From Eledone cirrhosa (lineage: Eukaryota), in NCBI GenBank assembly GCA_964016885.1, contig OZ024741.1, positions 158,348,001 to 158,412,000 of the forward strand: a stretch of 64,000 nt of DNA. The letters run 5' to 3'. The notes under the pieces were generated by a model. The model saw only the letters and a list, made by a program, of their open reading frames with translations, was not told the DNA's origin and did no database searches. This document shows, in pieces, positions 24,706 to 37,878 of the stretch. Position numbers and translations under genes: made by a program. Each line of letters begins with the position of its first letter. Position 1 is the stretch's first letter.

Positions 24706-24938
24706 ATATATATATACACGTATCTGTGTGTGTATGGATGTATATATATACATATATCATCCTCATCATCACCATTTTTATATCCAGAATTATTATGAAT
24801 AGCAGTGGGCTAAGAACCAAGTCCTGATAAACTCCTACATGCACCTTGAATCCCTGACTAAATTTACTTCCTACTCATATATACATATATATATATAATA
24901 AATACAATATCGGAGAAAGCTTTTTAGCGATACTCCGG

Positions 24939-24974
<36 letters not shown>

Positions 24975-25496
24975 AATTAAAATGAACAATTAGAAATAGG
25001 ACTATCCATCATCAGTGATCTACTAGCCATCATAGGTATTTCTTCACATTAAAGGCCAGATACCTTCGGCTAGGGCAATACAATAACTAAATTATTATTA
25101 TTGGGATAAAAAGAATTGGGTGGAGAAAGAGAGACAGGTAAACAAACATGAAGGTGAGGCAACGTAAAGAGAGGAAAAAATGAGAAAGTCAAGTCAATGA
25201 TTCATTTGAACATAAGAACTTGCAAATATTGACGAGAAGACGAGAGACACATCCCAACCATGCAAAAGTAAGCGAGGAAAGAATTACGCACGGTGTGGGA
25301 TGATGGAGGAAGTGAGAGAGAGGGAGAGTAGCAGAGAGTGAGTGAAAGTGTGAGGAAGAGGCTAGCTGAGAGAGGGTGACTAGCAGAGGGGGTGAATGAA
25401 AGTAAGAGGGAGGAGAGAGAAAGAGGATAGCAGTAAGGGAAGAGAAAAAGACAGGTCACAGCGAAGGGGAAAGCATATAAGAGCATGCCATTTTTC

Positions 25497-25547
<51 letters not shown>

Positions 25548-25549
<2 letters not shown>

Positions 25550-26855
25550 GATGATCTAATGCTCATAGTTGAATCTAAGGCTGAACTAGAGAAGACATTC
25601 CAAACATGGAAGCATGGCCTACAATTAAAAGGCCTTAACTTGTCTAAGACTAAAGTTCTAGTATGTAGAAATGAAAATAGGGCACAGATGCCCTCTGGGA
25701 AATGGCCATGCTCAGTATGTAGGAAAGGCGTAGGTAGAAATTCCATTCTATGTCCCAAATGCAAAAGATGTAGTGGGATCACAGGCAAGCTATCTAAGAA
25801 CGTAGATGTTATATGTGGCTGATGCTCAGGTGCAATAAGTAGCAAGTGCCCACAGGATACTAGCTCCTTCTACTGCCCAGATGGTTCCATAGAAATAGTG
25901 GACACTTTCTGTTACCTGGGTTACAAAATCAGCTGTGGTGGTGGGTGTTCTGAAAGTACAGTAACCAGAGTTAGAACGGGATGGAAAAAGTTCAGAGAGC
26001 TTATACCGCTGTTGGCCACAAAAGGTTTCTCTCTGAAAATGAAAGGCAGATTGTATGATGCTTGTATACGAACAGCAATGTGTGCAGAGGACCTGCACAG
26101 ACTGGAAAGGAACGAAGCATGCATGCTCCGTTGGATGTGTAATAGTAATATACTTGAACGGCAAAACATAAATGAACTAAGTGAGAAATTAGGAATAAGA
26201 GAGATCAGATGCTGTTTACTTGAGATTATGTTGGTATGGTCATGTGATGCGCATGAAAGACGACAGCTGTATAAAAAAGTGCAAGGCGATCAAAATTGAT
26301 GGAAGTTACGGAGTAGGTAGACCCAGAAAAACCTGGGACGACATGATAAAGTCCGACCTTGCACACTTGCACCTCTCTAAGACAATGTCACTGGATCGAG
26401 ATCTTTGGTGCTACGCAGTATTACAGAAGACCCACCTTCCCTACGTGCAAAGTTAACCTGCAGTCAGTATGCCCCTTCAAACCAAACATACACCCATCTC
26501 ACTACCCCTACTCCATCCTCCCACTCCCACCAACACCACCCTTTCTCTATAAAGTTATGTTGGTACCACAACATCCAGTCCAAACTAATGAGATCGTGTA
26601 GGTGTCACGACAAAAAACACAGTCCACGCTGTAATGTGGCCATGTAGGTAACACGGTAAAAAGTTCCCACTCCACACTGTAAATGTGGTTGGTGTTAGGA
26701 AGGGCATCCAGCCGTAGAAAACCTGTCAGATAGTCCTATACGAGAGAGACACGGTCACCCGACCAATCTTGCCTCAAGTGGGACAACTCCCATCTAACCC
26801 ATGCTAGCGTGGAAGATGGGCGTTAAACGATGATGACCATGATGATGATGGTGAT
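25548..26855 (+). mobile_element. RTE LINE, 5'-truncated and decayed
   Basis: DDLMLIVES...GKWPCSVC...GWKKFRELIPLL...GRPRKTW with frameshifts; 3' UTR and (GAT)n tail as in 42358 and 51358. Confidence 0.9.
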
Positions 26856-27745
26856 ATATATCTATATATAATGTATATATATATACATTCTTCCATCTTT
26901 TCTCATATCATTGGCCATAAAAATTATTATTTTTTTAATACATTATAGTATTACCTTTAATAGTCCTACGTTAGATTTTTCTTCCTTAAATTTATTTCAT
27001 GCTCGTTTGACTTTTACATATTACAATACATAAAAACAAACTTAAACCCTAACTAATTTCTTTTAATATATTATATTATTACCATTAGAAAATATTTCGA
27101 AAACATATATATTTTTTTATGTTAGATATTTTCTTCCTTAAACATTCTTTTCTTCTTTGCCTTCTGCGCTCATTTTTAAACAAACTATTTACGTACACAT
27201 ATTACGCACACATATTACATTACATAAAAACAAACTTAAACCCTAACTAATTCCTCTAAATTCATAACTCATTCATTCTGCTCCTTCTTTTCACATTATA
27301 TCCTTAATAACATTAATATTTTTATTTTAATAATACATATTAATAATTTCTTTTCCTCGCACATATTATTAAACCCTTCAATATACATACCTTAATTTAA
27401 TATTATTCTTAATTCTTTTTTCTCTTCATGCATAAACCTCATTAACTTTTAATTTCAAATTCTTTTAAATTATCTATTATCTTCCAACGGCTTTTTAATT
27501 TCTCTCTGTGAGACAATATTTTTTTTTTCTCAGTTGTAAAGGCTATATCTCTCTCTCTCTATCACCCACCGCTCCTCCTCTCTCATCCTTCCTTCTTATA
27601 CTCTTCCCCCACCATTCTTTACTCTCATCTCCTCCTCTTTCCTTACCTTTTCCAATCTCATAGATCAATCTTATATTATTTTTCATATGTTGATTTAAAA
27701 CTTCACTATTCACAAGTGTTTTTTAAGCTTCATATCATGTATCCT

Positions 27746-27816
27746 TATTTTATCTGATGAGAACGCAGATATCATCCCATGATGATATTTGTTTTTGAAA
27801 TACGCATAATAAAATA
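27746..27816 (+). ncRNA. Minimal type I hammerhead ribozyme at the end of an AT-rich pLTR-like tract
   Basis: tattttat CTGATGA gaacgcagatatcatc-ccat-gatgatatttgttttt GAAA tacgcata ataaaata; stem II has about 15 pairs. Confidence 0.82.
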
Positions 27817-27851
27817 CTTGGAACTCTTTTAACCATCTTTTGATCTTATAT

Positions 27852-27907
<56 letters not shown>

Positions 27908-28335
27908 CATACAGACAGTCCTATGCGAGCAAGACAACCACTCTTGCCTCAAGTGAGAAAACTCCCGTCCAAACCCATGCAAGCATGGAACACGGACGTT
28001 AAACGATGATGATGATGATGATGATATATATATATATATATGAAAAATAGAAGGCTGAATTAAATGCAAGAACTGCTGAAGCTTGTGCATTCATGCACCA
28101 GCTTAAGTACTCAGTTATATATGTATGTATATATATATATGCATTTATATATATATATATATATGTATTGAAGTTTCCGTTGAAAATTGAAAAAGTCATA
28201 GGAGTGAAGAGTGCTCTATGTACGTTACAGAACTAAATTTTATATATCTCTTGTATTACTTTTATTTATATGTTTTTTTTGCTCGTTAAACTTTTGCCTT
28301 TCTTGAGGAGATTTTTCAAATATTTCACTGTTTTA

Positions 28336-28413
28336 AATTGCCTTGTCTGACGAACGAATGAGGACGTTTCTTGTATTCGTCTTATTCGGGAAACCTCTGG
28401 TAATGAGGTAATT
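28336..28413 (+). ncRNA. Type I hammerhead ribozyme
   Basis: aattgccttgt CTGACGA acgaatgaggacg...cgtcttattcgg GAAA cc-tct-gg TA atgaggtaatt; 11-bp stem I including G-U pairs; GUA site. Confidence 0.82.
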
Positions 28414-28504
28414 ATATTATATACATATATTATATTATATTTATATTATATTATATACATATATTATATTATATACATATATATATATACATATACATAC
28501 ATAA

Positions 28505-30996
28505 CCTACAAATCTGGTGAGCACATAAGCCAGATTGACTTTTTACTAGTTAGGCAGCGGGACAGGCAGATAGTGTCTAATACCAAGGCATACCCTGGGG
28601 AAGAATGTACCCCACAGCATAGGTTAGTTGTTAGTGATATCTCAGTAAGCAAGAGATGGAATGAGACATATAGGAAGGTGTGGAGAAGAAAGGTCTGGAA
28701 GCTAAAAGACCTTTCACTAAAATACAAATTTAGGAAAGCCCTTCAAGATGTATATGACGAAAAAGAAGACGATTTAGAGACATATGACATAGATAATAAC
28801 TGGAATTTCCTATGTGACAACTTGCTACAGGCTACTGATGAAACTTGTGGCTGGAGCAGAGCTCCAACCAGACAGAGAGTGACCTGGTGGTGGAACAGCA
28901 CAGTAGATAAGGCTATTAGAGACAAAAGACTAGCATGGAAGGCTTGGAAAAAGAGTGGGAGTAGGGAAGAATATACAGCCACTAAGAGAGAAGCTAGACG
29001 TCAGGTGTACTTAGCACGCAGGGAGGCAGAGAGTAGGAGGTTTGCCAATGTTCTGCGACGGGAAGATCAGAGGCGTGCGGTGTTCCACATTGCAAGGCAG
29101 TGTGTCAATGCAAATCAGGATGTTGTTGGAGATAAATGTGTCCGGGATGATGCCGGTGTACTTAGTGTCACGAATGATCAGAAAAAGGAGGCCTGGAAAT
29201 GTCATTATGAGAGACTGATGAATGTGGAGAACAAATGGGAGAGAGAGAAATTACCCTTGGTAGATCCGACAAAGGGACCAGCTATTGAGATTGACGAATA
29301 TAGGGTCCAAGAGGCGATTAAGGAAATGAAAAATGGTAAGGCTGCCGGACCATCGGGAATAGTTGCTGAGATGCTGAAGGCATCAGGGGACGTAGGCACT
29401 AAACTGGTTGCACGCATCATCAATCAGGCTATATATGGTGGTGTCATACCCAAAGACTGGTGCAGCAGTATTCTCATAAATTGCTATAAAGGTAAAGGGG
29501 ATGCTTTGGAGAGGAGCAATTATAGGGGTATAAAACTGATAGATCAGGTTAGGAAAGTGGCAGAAAGGATTTTAGCACAACTAATTAGAGAAAGGGTCAA
29601 ACTAGATGAGATGCAGTTTGGTTTTGTGCCTGGGAAGAGTACAACAGATGCCCTCTTCTTGGTGAGACAATTGCAAGAGAGGTTCTTAGAGAAGAATAAG
29701 CCACTATACTTAGCCTTTGTTGACCTAGAGAAGGCCTTTGATAGGGTACCCCGATCTGTCATCTGGTGGTCCCTAAGGAAGCTAGGTGTTGAGGAATGGC
29801 TTGTGAGGACAGTGCAAACTTTGTACAGAAGTACTCTCAGTAAAGTCAGGGTAGGAATGGAGTTTAGTGAGGAATTCCAGATACAAGTAGGAGTACATCA
29901 GGGTTCGGTCCTCAGCCCGCTCTTGTTCATTATAGTCCTCCAAGCCATAACAGAGGAGTTTAAGACTGGCTGTCCGTGGGAACTTCTCTATGCTGACGAT
30001 CTGGTTCTTATAGCAGAATCAGTAGAGGAGCTAGAGAATAAATTCTGGCTATGGAAACAGCAGTTGGAAGCAAGAGGAGTGAGAGTGAATCTAGCTAAGA
30101 CAAAAGTGTTGATGAGTAGAAAAGAGGACAAAACCCTGATTCCGTCAGGGAAATGGCCATGTTCGATATGCAGAAAAGGAACTGGCATAAATTCTATAAA
30201 ATGCACACACTGCAGATCCTGGGTACACAAGAGATGTAGCGGGAAAGCAGGCAAACTAACAGGTAGGGAGAAATATGTATGCAGTAGATGTACAGGGAAA
30301 TTAGACAGTAGAAGTTGCATTGATAGACACATTTTTCAAATGCAGGAGGGCGCTATAGAAGTGGTGGATAGCTTCCGGTACCTAGGAGATCAGATTAGCA
30401 TGGGAGGAGGGTGTTCCGAGGCCATAGTATCTAGAATAAGGACGGGTTGGAAGAAGTTTAGGGAGTTGCTTCCTCTGTTGACGAAGAAGGGTTTCTCCCT
30501 GCGTATGAAAGGCCGGTTGTATGATGCCTGTGTGAGGAGCGCGATGCTGCATGGTAGTGAGACATGGGCAGCAACTGCAGAGGATATACAACGGCTGGAG
30601 AGAAATGAGGCAAGCATGCTCCGTTGGATGTACAGTGTAAATGTACGTGAACGACCCAGCTTAAATGTGTTGAGAGAGAAACTGTGTCTGAGAGGGATAG
30701 AATGTAGTGTACGGGAGAGGAGACTGAGGTGGTATGGACATGTGATGCACATGGAGGATGACCGATGGGTGAAGAAGTGCCAGGAATTGCCAGTTGAAGG
30801 AAGACGCGGTAGAGGTAGACCACGAAAAACATGGGCGGAGGTGGTGAGAACAGACCTCAGATCATTGAAGCTCACAGTGGAGATGACGAGGGACTGTGAC
30901 GAGTGGAGAGATGATGTGCTGAATAAGACCCGTCCCACTCTTGCAAGCAGGGAAAAGCGGACGTAAAATGATGATGATGATGATGATGATGATGAT
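28505..30996 (+). mobile_element. RTE LINE, 5'-truncated, with a 797-aa open ORF (end of APE, RT, PHD-like finger)
   Basis: NYRGIKL, QFGF, FVDLEKAFD, GVHQGSVLSP, YADD, C..C...C..C..WVH..C...C..C. The stop codon lies directly before an (ATG)n tail. Confidence 0.95.
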
Positions 30997-31004
30997 ACAT
31001 ATAT

Positions 31005-32400
31005 AACTGAGTACTTAAGCTGGTGCATGAATGCACAGGCTTCAGCAGTTCTTGCATTTAATTCAGCCTTCTATTTTTCATTACTCATTCCATGTAGAGT
31101 GCACTTCACAGGCTTTCTTGAAAGAATGAATGGATGTCTTCACAGTACTTATTTTCATTTCTGCCATGTGTAGCACTTGGCAGCAAACCTATCCAGAGCA
31201 TGTCGGAGATCACTTTCTGACGAGTTAAGTAATACCTTGTTATCTGCCAATTCCAGCCGATTTATCTAACAACCACCAGTCTTAATACTACTTCCACAAC
31301 AAGTCCTGTGAAATGTGGTTGTATGCCTTTTCAAGGTTAAAAAAAACACAAGCATACACCATTTGGAAATACTCCCACAATTTCTCACTGACCTACTACA
31401 GAGTGAATATTTTGTTGGCTCTGCTATGTCCAGAGTGAAAACCACATTAGCTTGGACTCAACAATATCCCTACTTCTTTTTGCTAGACACTTAGCATAGA
31501 CTTTACTGAGGAGGCTTAACAAGGAGATTTCTCTATAATTAGAGCAATCTCTCATCACCCTTTTTAAAAATTGGGATTGCTTTGGTGCTTTTCCTGAGAT
31601 CCGAGCCAACTGGCAATCAAATCTGCCAGAGCATATCTTCTATGTTTAGCACTGAACATCTGAGACTGAGTTTTATCCTCCCCAGAGATCCTGTCACATT
31701 TGAGCATTTAAATTGCTCTGGTAACCACAGCCTCTGAGACGAAACTTATGTATATCCCATGTTGTTGTGACCAGATTTAAGAAATCAGCAAAGTATTCTC
31801 TCCACCTCAAAAGGATGCATTCCTCTCCAAATGAGTTCCTTAGCAAGCATGGAGGGGGATGTTTTATTATTTGCTGATCTAAAGTCAAATTCTAGCTTAA
31901 CACCCAAATCCCCCCCATGTCTTAACCTTGGATACCTTTACTGTTTCTGCTGTGACCTTTTGTGCCTGCTTGCAATACAAGTGCAAGAAGTAAAACTTAT
32001 TTTCAGGCAGAGCTTTGTAAGCAGCATTCTTTGCTCTGATGGCATCTTTATCCTCCTAGTTGAACCATGGTGTTCTCTTGCCACCCATAACCAGATCAAG
32101 ATCCCTTCATCTGCAGCATTTAACAGCTGAAGCAAAAATTGTTGAGCTAAACAGTCTCTACTCTGTTTCAATGTCCTCAATTTGTTTAGGGCGTTCTATG
32201 AATTTGGATGCAATAGTATCTGCATACCTATTTCTGACTTCCTTATTTGTTAGTGCTTCCCACTTTACCCTGTAGATTAAGCTAGACCTGTAAGTTTTGT
32301 GAGCTCTCTTGGCTTTAGGTAGTCTCAGGCTGTAGATAACTATATGGTGATCAGTTAACAGCTCAGCCCCTCTCTTAACACAGATATCCAGCATAAAATC
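31005..32400 (-). mobile_element. Old RTE-like LINE fragments of a different family
   Basis: VKRGAELLTDHH, WREYFADFLN, CSNYREISLLSL, ELNARTAEA; many stops. Confidence 0.75.
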
Positions 32401-33770
32401 GAAGAGATCCGAGACATTAAAAAAATAAGACCACCAAAAACTTCAGATTTGATAAAAGCAATCATACCATGTCTTCTTCATACGGGGTAACAAAGGATGT
32501 GTTCAAGTCTTAGGCAGAGGGTCCATATGAAATATATATATTGTAGTTTCCATCTAACACCAAAAAAACTGGCCTGTGAGGTGTAGGATGGATATACAAT
32601 GGTTGCGTATCCAGAGACCCACCTTTGTATATACTAAAAAAATCTAGGTGCAAAAAGCTGCATGTGACCTATCTACCAAATCTGGCTATGGGCTTGATAT
32701 GTTAAATAATGGTTTCTAATTGAGTCACAAGTTCAATAATGTTTGTGAGAGAAAAATCAATTACATTAGGCCCAGTATTTGAGTAGTATTTTATTTGATT
32801 GAACCCAGAAGGATGACGACAAAGCTGGCCTTGGTGGGATTTGAACTCAGAACTCAGAACATATACTGCAATGGATTTGTCTGGTGCTTTAACATTTCTG
32901 CTAATCTATTACCTTCAAAATATTATAAAAATGTTTATACAAGTATATAGGAAAGGCATCCAGCCAAACAAAGGCGTTGGGAAGACTTTTCAATTGTGCT
33001 GTAGATATAACAACCTCCCTAGTGTTGGTGTTCTACATGGTAAAACACACCCAGTAGTCACTAATGTGGTTGGTGATAGGATAGGCAGCCTGTCATAGAA
33101 GATTTGTCAAACAAAGGTTCAGTAGGACTCATTAGCCATCTCCAAGATATGACAACTTCCTTTTGTTTGGTGCCACAATAAAATGCACTTGGCAGAGCAT
33201 GAGAACGTATGTTGGGGCCCCAGTCTGTCAGAGCAATCGATACAGTATAGGAACGTATCTGAAAGGTTGGTAGCTCTACTTAAGTACTAACCAGTTTGTG
33301 ATGACATGTCCAGCCACTGCTAGCAGAGAAAAAGGATGTTAAACGATAATGATGATAATGGTGATGATGATGATTATGATATGCATGTAAGAACTCCAAA
33401 ATAACTTGTAGTAATAAGTGGTAATTGTTGAAACTGTATCATGTCTTAACATGCTGCCATTAATGTATTGATTCATTGATTTCTGTCAAACGTCAAGTGT
33501 GGAATTGCTAACAATTTGTATACTAAATATGATCCGATAAATAGGAAAGAAAATGTAAATCCTTTAATATGTTCTAAGTGTGTCCAGGGTCAAACATGTT
33601 ACCCAGTAAAAAACACTTGACACTAATATATGTTTCACATGAATATGTCTTGAAGTGTTGTCAACATGTATTGAATATCAGAAAAATCATTGCAGAATAC
33701 AAAATAAAATATATATATAAGTATGTATCATCATCATCATCACCGTTAATATATATATATATATATAGAG

Positions 33771-34118
33771 TGGAGGCACATGGCTTAGTGGTTAGAGCAT
33801 TGGCCTTGCAATCGAAAGGTTGTGAGTTCAATTCTCAGACCGGTGATGTGTTGTTTCCTTGAGAAAGACACTTTATTTCACATTGCTCCAGTTTACTCAG
33901 CTGTAGAAATGAGATGATAGCACTGGGGTCCCTATCATACCACTGCAAAGTGGTCGTGGAGGTGCCACAGAAAAAAACACCCAGCACTCACTGTAAATGG
34001 GGTTAGTGTTAGGAAGGGCATCCAGCTGTAGAAATCAAGCCAGATTCAGTTCCCGTCCCACCCTTGCAAGCAGGGAAAAGCGGACATAAAATGATGATGA
34101 TGATGATGATGATGATGA
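33771..34118 (+). mobile_element. SINE family B
   Basis: Full copy with an (ATG)n tail. Confidence 0.9.
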
Positions 34119-34119
34119 T

Positions 34120-36140
34120 ATATATATATATAAAACTGATGTTGTCTGTGTGTGTGCCTTCATTTTTGCAAAGTCTATACAAATCCCCATTTCTACTCCG
34201 ATTGACTTCAAATTTGCATTTATATATTCCTTGCGGTCTAAAGATATTAACTGCAGCTTTTATTTTTCAATTTTCTGTTGTTAAAGGGGTGTTAGGCGCT
34301 GGTTATCCATCTCTGCCCAGCCCTTATAATATCTGTCTGTATGTCTGGCTGTCTGCATAACGACATTCTGATGAACACGTCATTGCTGACGTATTATCTT
34401 CACTACATTCACACACACACACACATATATACTTATATATACATATATATATATATACACATATATACATATACACACACATATATACACATATACATAT
34501 TTATATATATATACAAAAGTTTAAGCAAAGAATCACTGCTTATTACTATATATATATATATATATATAAACTGAGGATGTGTGTGTATGTCCGTACCCAC
34601 AGAAATTCTACAGTTTGCAACCGATGTTCTTCCAACTTGGAACAAACATGCGTTATGTTCCCAGGAGTGTTTTGGACTCATAAAAGTTTCAAGTTTTTGT
34701 TAATGCGGCTCCTAGATAGATATTGGTTGGCTGGTTGCACGAAAACTACACACACACACATATATATACATCTAAAGAGAGAAAGGGAGATGTAGAGAGA
34801 GAGAGTGAGATAGGTCGTTATACAGAGAGAGGTACAAGATATTCAGACAGAGAGAGAGAGAGAGAATGGCGACGAATGCTGGTTCACACACACACAGAAA
34901 CATATATATATATATAAAGACAAAGAGAGAGAGGGAGAGAGATCTGCGTGTTCTTTATTGTCTTCTGTAGAGGAAGAGAGAGAGAGAGGATGTATGAGTG
35001 AGAGAGAGAGAGAGAGAGTGAGAGAGAGAGAGAGAAAGAGAGAGAGGGTATGAGAAAAAAGGGAGAGAGGGGTTGAGAAAGAGAGTGAGGAACTTTAACT
35101 TTTATTTATTTATCTATTCTTTACACACTGTTCAACTCTCCCCTTTCCTCAACCTAATGTCTCTTTCTCTCTTTCACACAAGACGTACTGTGACTGTGTG
35201 TTATATATATTTATGTCTGCGCACACACACACACACACAAAGACGCATCTCTCTCTCTATATATATATATATATTTGTTATAAGAACAGATTAAAGTTTA
35301 AGCAAAGAATCGCTGCTTTCAACATTAACGGGATCTTCTGAAACTAAAAAATTAAATCTGTGAACGCAGAAGTAAATATTTCGAAGGAAAACAGGAAGAT
35401 GATATTTTGGTTTATGAAGACGTTCCCTGGCAATGAACAGAAAACAAGCCAGGATAATACGTTGTTATGTGGACCGAGAAGAACAATTTCATGCAAAGAC
35501 AAGACCAAGTTTATGGTATAAATGGCGTCGTTAGACTAATGTTCTATTTAAAATAACAAAATGATTTCGAGCCCCGGAGTTTAAGAATGATGTAAATAAA
35601 ATTGTAAACAAAAATGATAGAGGTTATTTAAATAGTAAAAGTAAATAGTGAAGATTTAGGCCAGTACATACATATGCGCCGACGGACATACACATACATA
35701 TACATATACGCGTGTGTAAACCTTATGCATTTCTACAGTATTTTCACCAAACCTAAGACATAGGTTACTTACGTACTCCGGATGGTCATGGGCACTTTCA
35801 TTTTTCCAGATATTGATTATAGGGCCTCCCAGCAGATAACGCCCTTTAACCGCTTCCTTGGAGTCGACTGAAGCACTGCAGTGCAACAAAACGTCATAAC
35901 TTCTGGAGTTCGCAACCGATTTTCACAAAACTTCACACATGGACTACGTTTGTTCTACAGATGAATGTGAACTCAGAATTGGCACATATTGAATAGGGGA
36001 CCCTGGGGGCAGGAATCCCCTTTTGGAAATAGCTGATGATTTTGTAAAAGTATAGTTTTCGAAGCAACACTGAAGTATTGACATAAATGGTATACATAAC
36101 TGCTATTTAATACCCGAGCAATGCCGGGTACTTCTGCTAG
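34120..36140 (+). mobile_element. Non-autonomous Helitron-like region (composite)
   Basis: 3' hairpin ACCCGAGCAATGCCGGGT followed by CTAG|T at 36137-36141. Starts of the form TATATATAAA..GTGTGT at ~34125 and ~34565. The 5' boundary is uncertain. Confidence 0.55.
35295..35345 (-). ncRNA. Hammerhead-like motif with CAGAAGA core (solo pLTR copy)
   Basis: Homologous to 39272-39322 with the same U4->A core; stem II is partly mutated. Confidence 0.55.
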
Positions 36141-37067
36141 TACATTATATATACATATATATACTTTCTTTTTGTATTTGTTTTGCAAGATTTTTTATGT
36201 GAAAACGTGTGTTGAAAGATAGTGTTATACTTTGGGAGGATCATGCTGCCAATAAAAAGCACACGTACCTCCTCATTGACTACTTTTGTTGTTATTTTGT
36301 GTCTCTTCTTTGTTCTGTCCTACACTTTCTGGTTTTTGTGACAAAGGTCACAGAATGTTTGAGGAATGAGCTTTGATGACAACCAACAATTAAACAACCA
36401 TCTGGTTATTAAACTAACTGTCTGGGAAATTAAAATAATAAATTGAAGTGAAATCCAACAGGTGTGTGTGTTTTTATTGGCAGCATGACCCTCCAAAGTA
36501 TAACAATATATATATATATACACAAAACTGTGTTCTCTGACACTATGCAGTAATGCAGAAGACCCGCCTTTCCATGAGCACAGGCCAAAGCGTACATCTA
36601 GTATGTACCACCTTCACCTCCATACATTTGACAGGTCCTAACACCCTACCCTTGTTCTAACACTGCCCCTCACACACTCCTCTCCCACCAAAGTGTGCAG
36701 CCCACACTGTAAAGTAGTCACGATGGCAACATGACAACAAGTGTCCAGCTCACACTGTAAAGTGGTTGTGATGGTGACACGACAAGAAGCACCCAGCTCA
36801 TACCGTAAAGTGTTGAGTAGGTGACACAACAAAAAGCATCCAGGTCACACTATAGGGTGGTTGTGTAGGTATCATGACAAAAATACCCAGCACACATTGT
36901 AAATGTGGTTGGCATTAGGAAGGGTATCCAGCTGTAGAAACCAAGCCAAAATTAGTTCTGTATGAGCAAATGTGGTCATCTGACCTGGCTTCTCTCTACA
37001 ACTCGTCTAGACCATGCTTAGCATGGAAAAATGGCCATTATATGGTGATGATAATATATATATATAT

Positions 37068-37878
37068 ATCATCGTTTAACGTCTATCTTTCACGCATGGG
37101 TTAGACGGGAATTGTCCCACTTGAGGCAAGATTAGTCGGGTGACGGTGTCTTGCTCATATAGGACTACCTGGCATGTTTTCTACGGCTGAATGCCCTTCC
37201 TAACACCAACCACATTTACAGTGTGGACTGGGAGCTTTTTACCGTGTTGCCTACACAACCACATTGCAGCGTGGACTGTGTGTTTTTTTTGTCGTGACAC
37301 CTACACGACCTCATTAGTTTGGACTGGATGTTGTGGTACCAACATAACTTTACAGAGAAAGGGTGGTGTTGGTGGGAGTGGGAGGATGGAGTAGGGGTAG
37401 TGGGTTGGGGGTGTATATTTGGTTAAGGGGTGCCTACTGACTGTAGGTTTCACTTTGTACATAGGCAAGGTGGGTCTTCTGTATTACTGCGTGGCGCCAA
37501 AGATCTCGGTCCAGTGACATTATCTTAGAGAGGTGCAAGTGTGCAAGGTCGGACTTTATCATGTCGTCCCAGGTTTTTCTGGATCTACCTACTCCGTAAC
37601 TTCCATCAATTTTGATTGCCCTGCACTTTTTTATACAGCTGTCGTCTTTCATGCGCATCACGTGACCATACCAAGGTAGTCTTCTCTCTAGTAAACAACA
37701 TCTGATCCCTCTTATTCCTAATTTTTCACTTAGTTCATTTATATTACTATTACACATCCAACGGAGCATTCATGCTTCGTTCCTCTCCAGTCTGTGCAGA
37801 TCCTCTGCACACAATGCCCATGTCTCACTGCCATGTAACATTGATGATTGTATACAGGCATCATACAGTCTGCCTTTC
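37068..37878 (-). mobile_element. RTE 3' fragment with full 3' UTR
   Basis: KGRLYDAC...RWMC...WYGHVMRM...KTW, plus a Ceph-like UTR and tail. Confidence 0.88.

Noticed and set aside
25000-25075. CTGATGA and GAAA on the minus strand
   Set aside because: The motifs are in the wrong order for a type I hammerhead and I could not build a three-stem junction; it folds as a simple hairpin.
33771-33845. tRNA-like sequence
   Set aside because: It is the head of SINE family B and continues into the SINE body in every copy.
34362-34400. CTGATGA followed by a hairpin
   Set aside because: No GAAA or stem III; likewise at ~48918.
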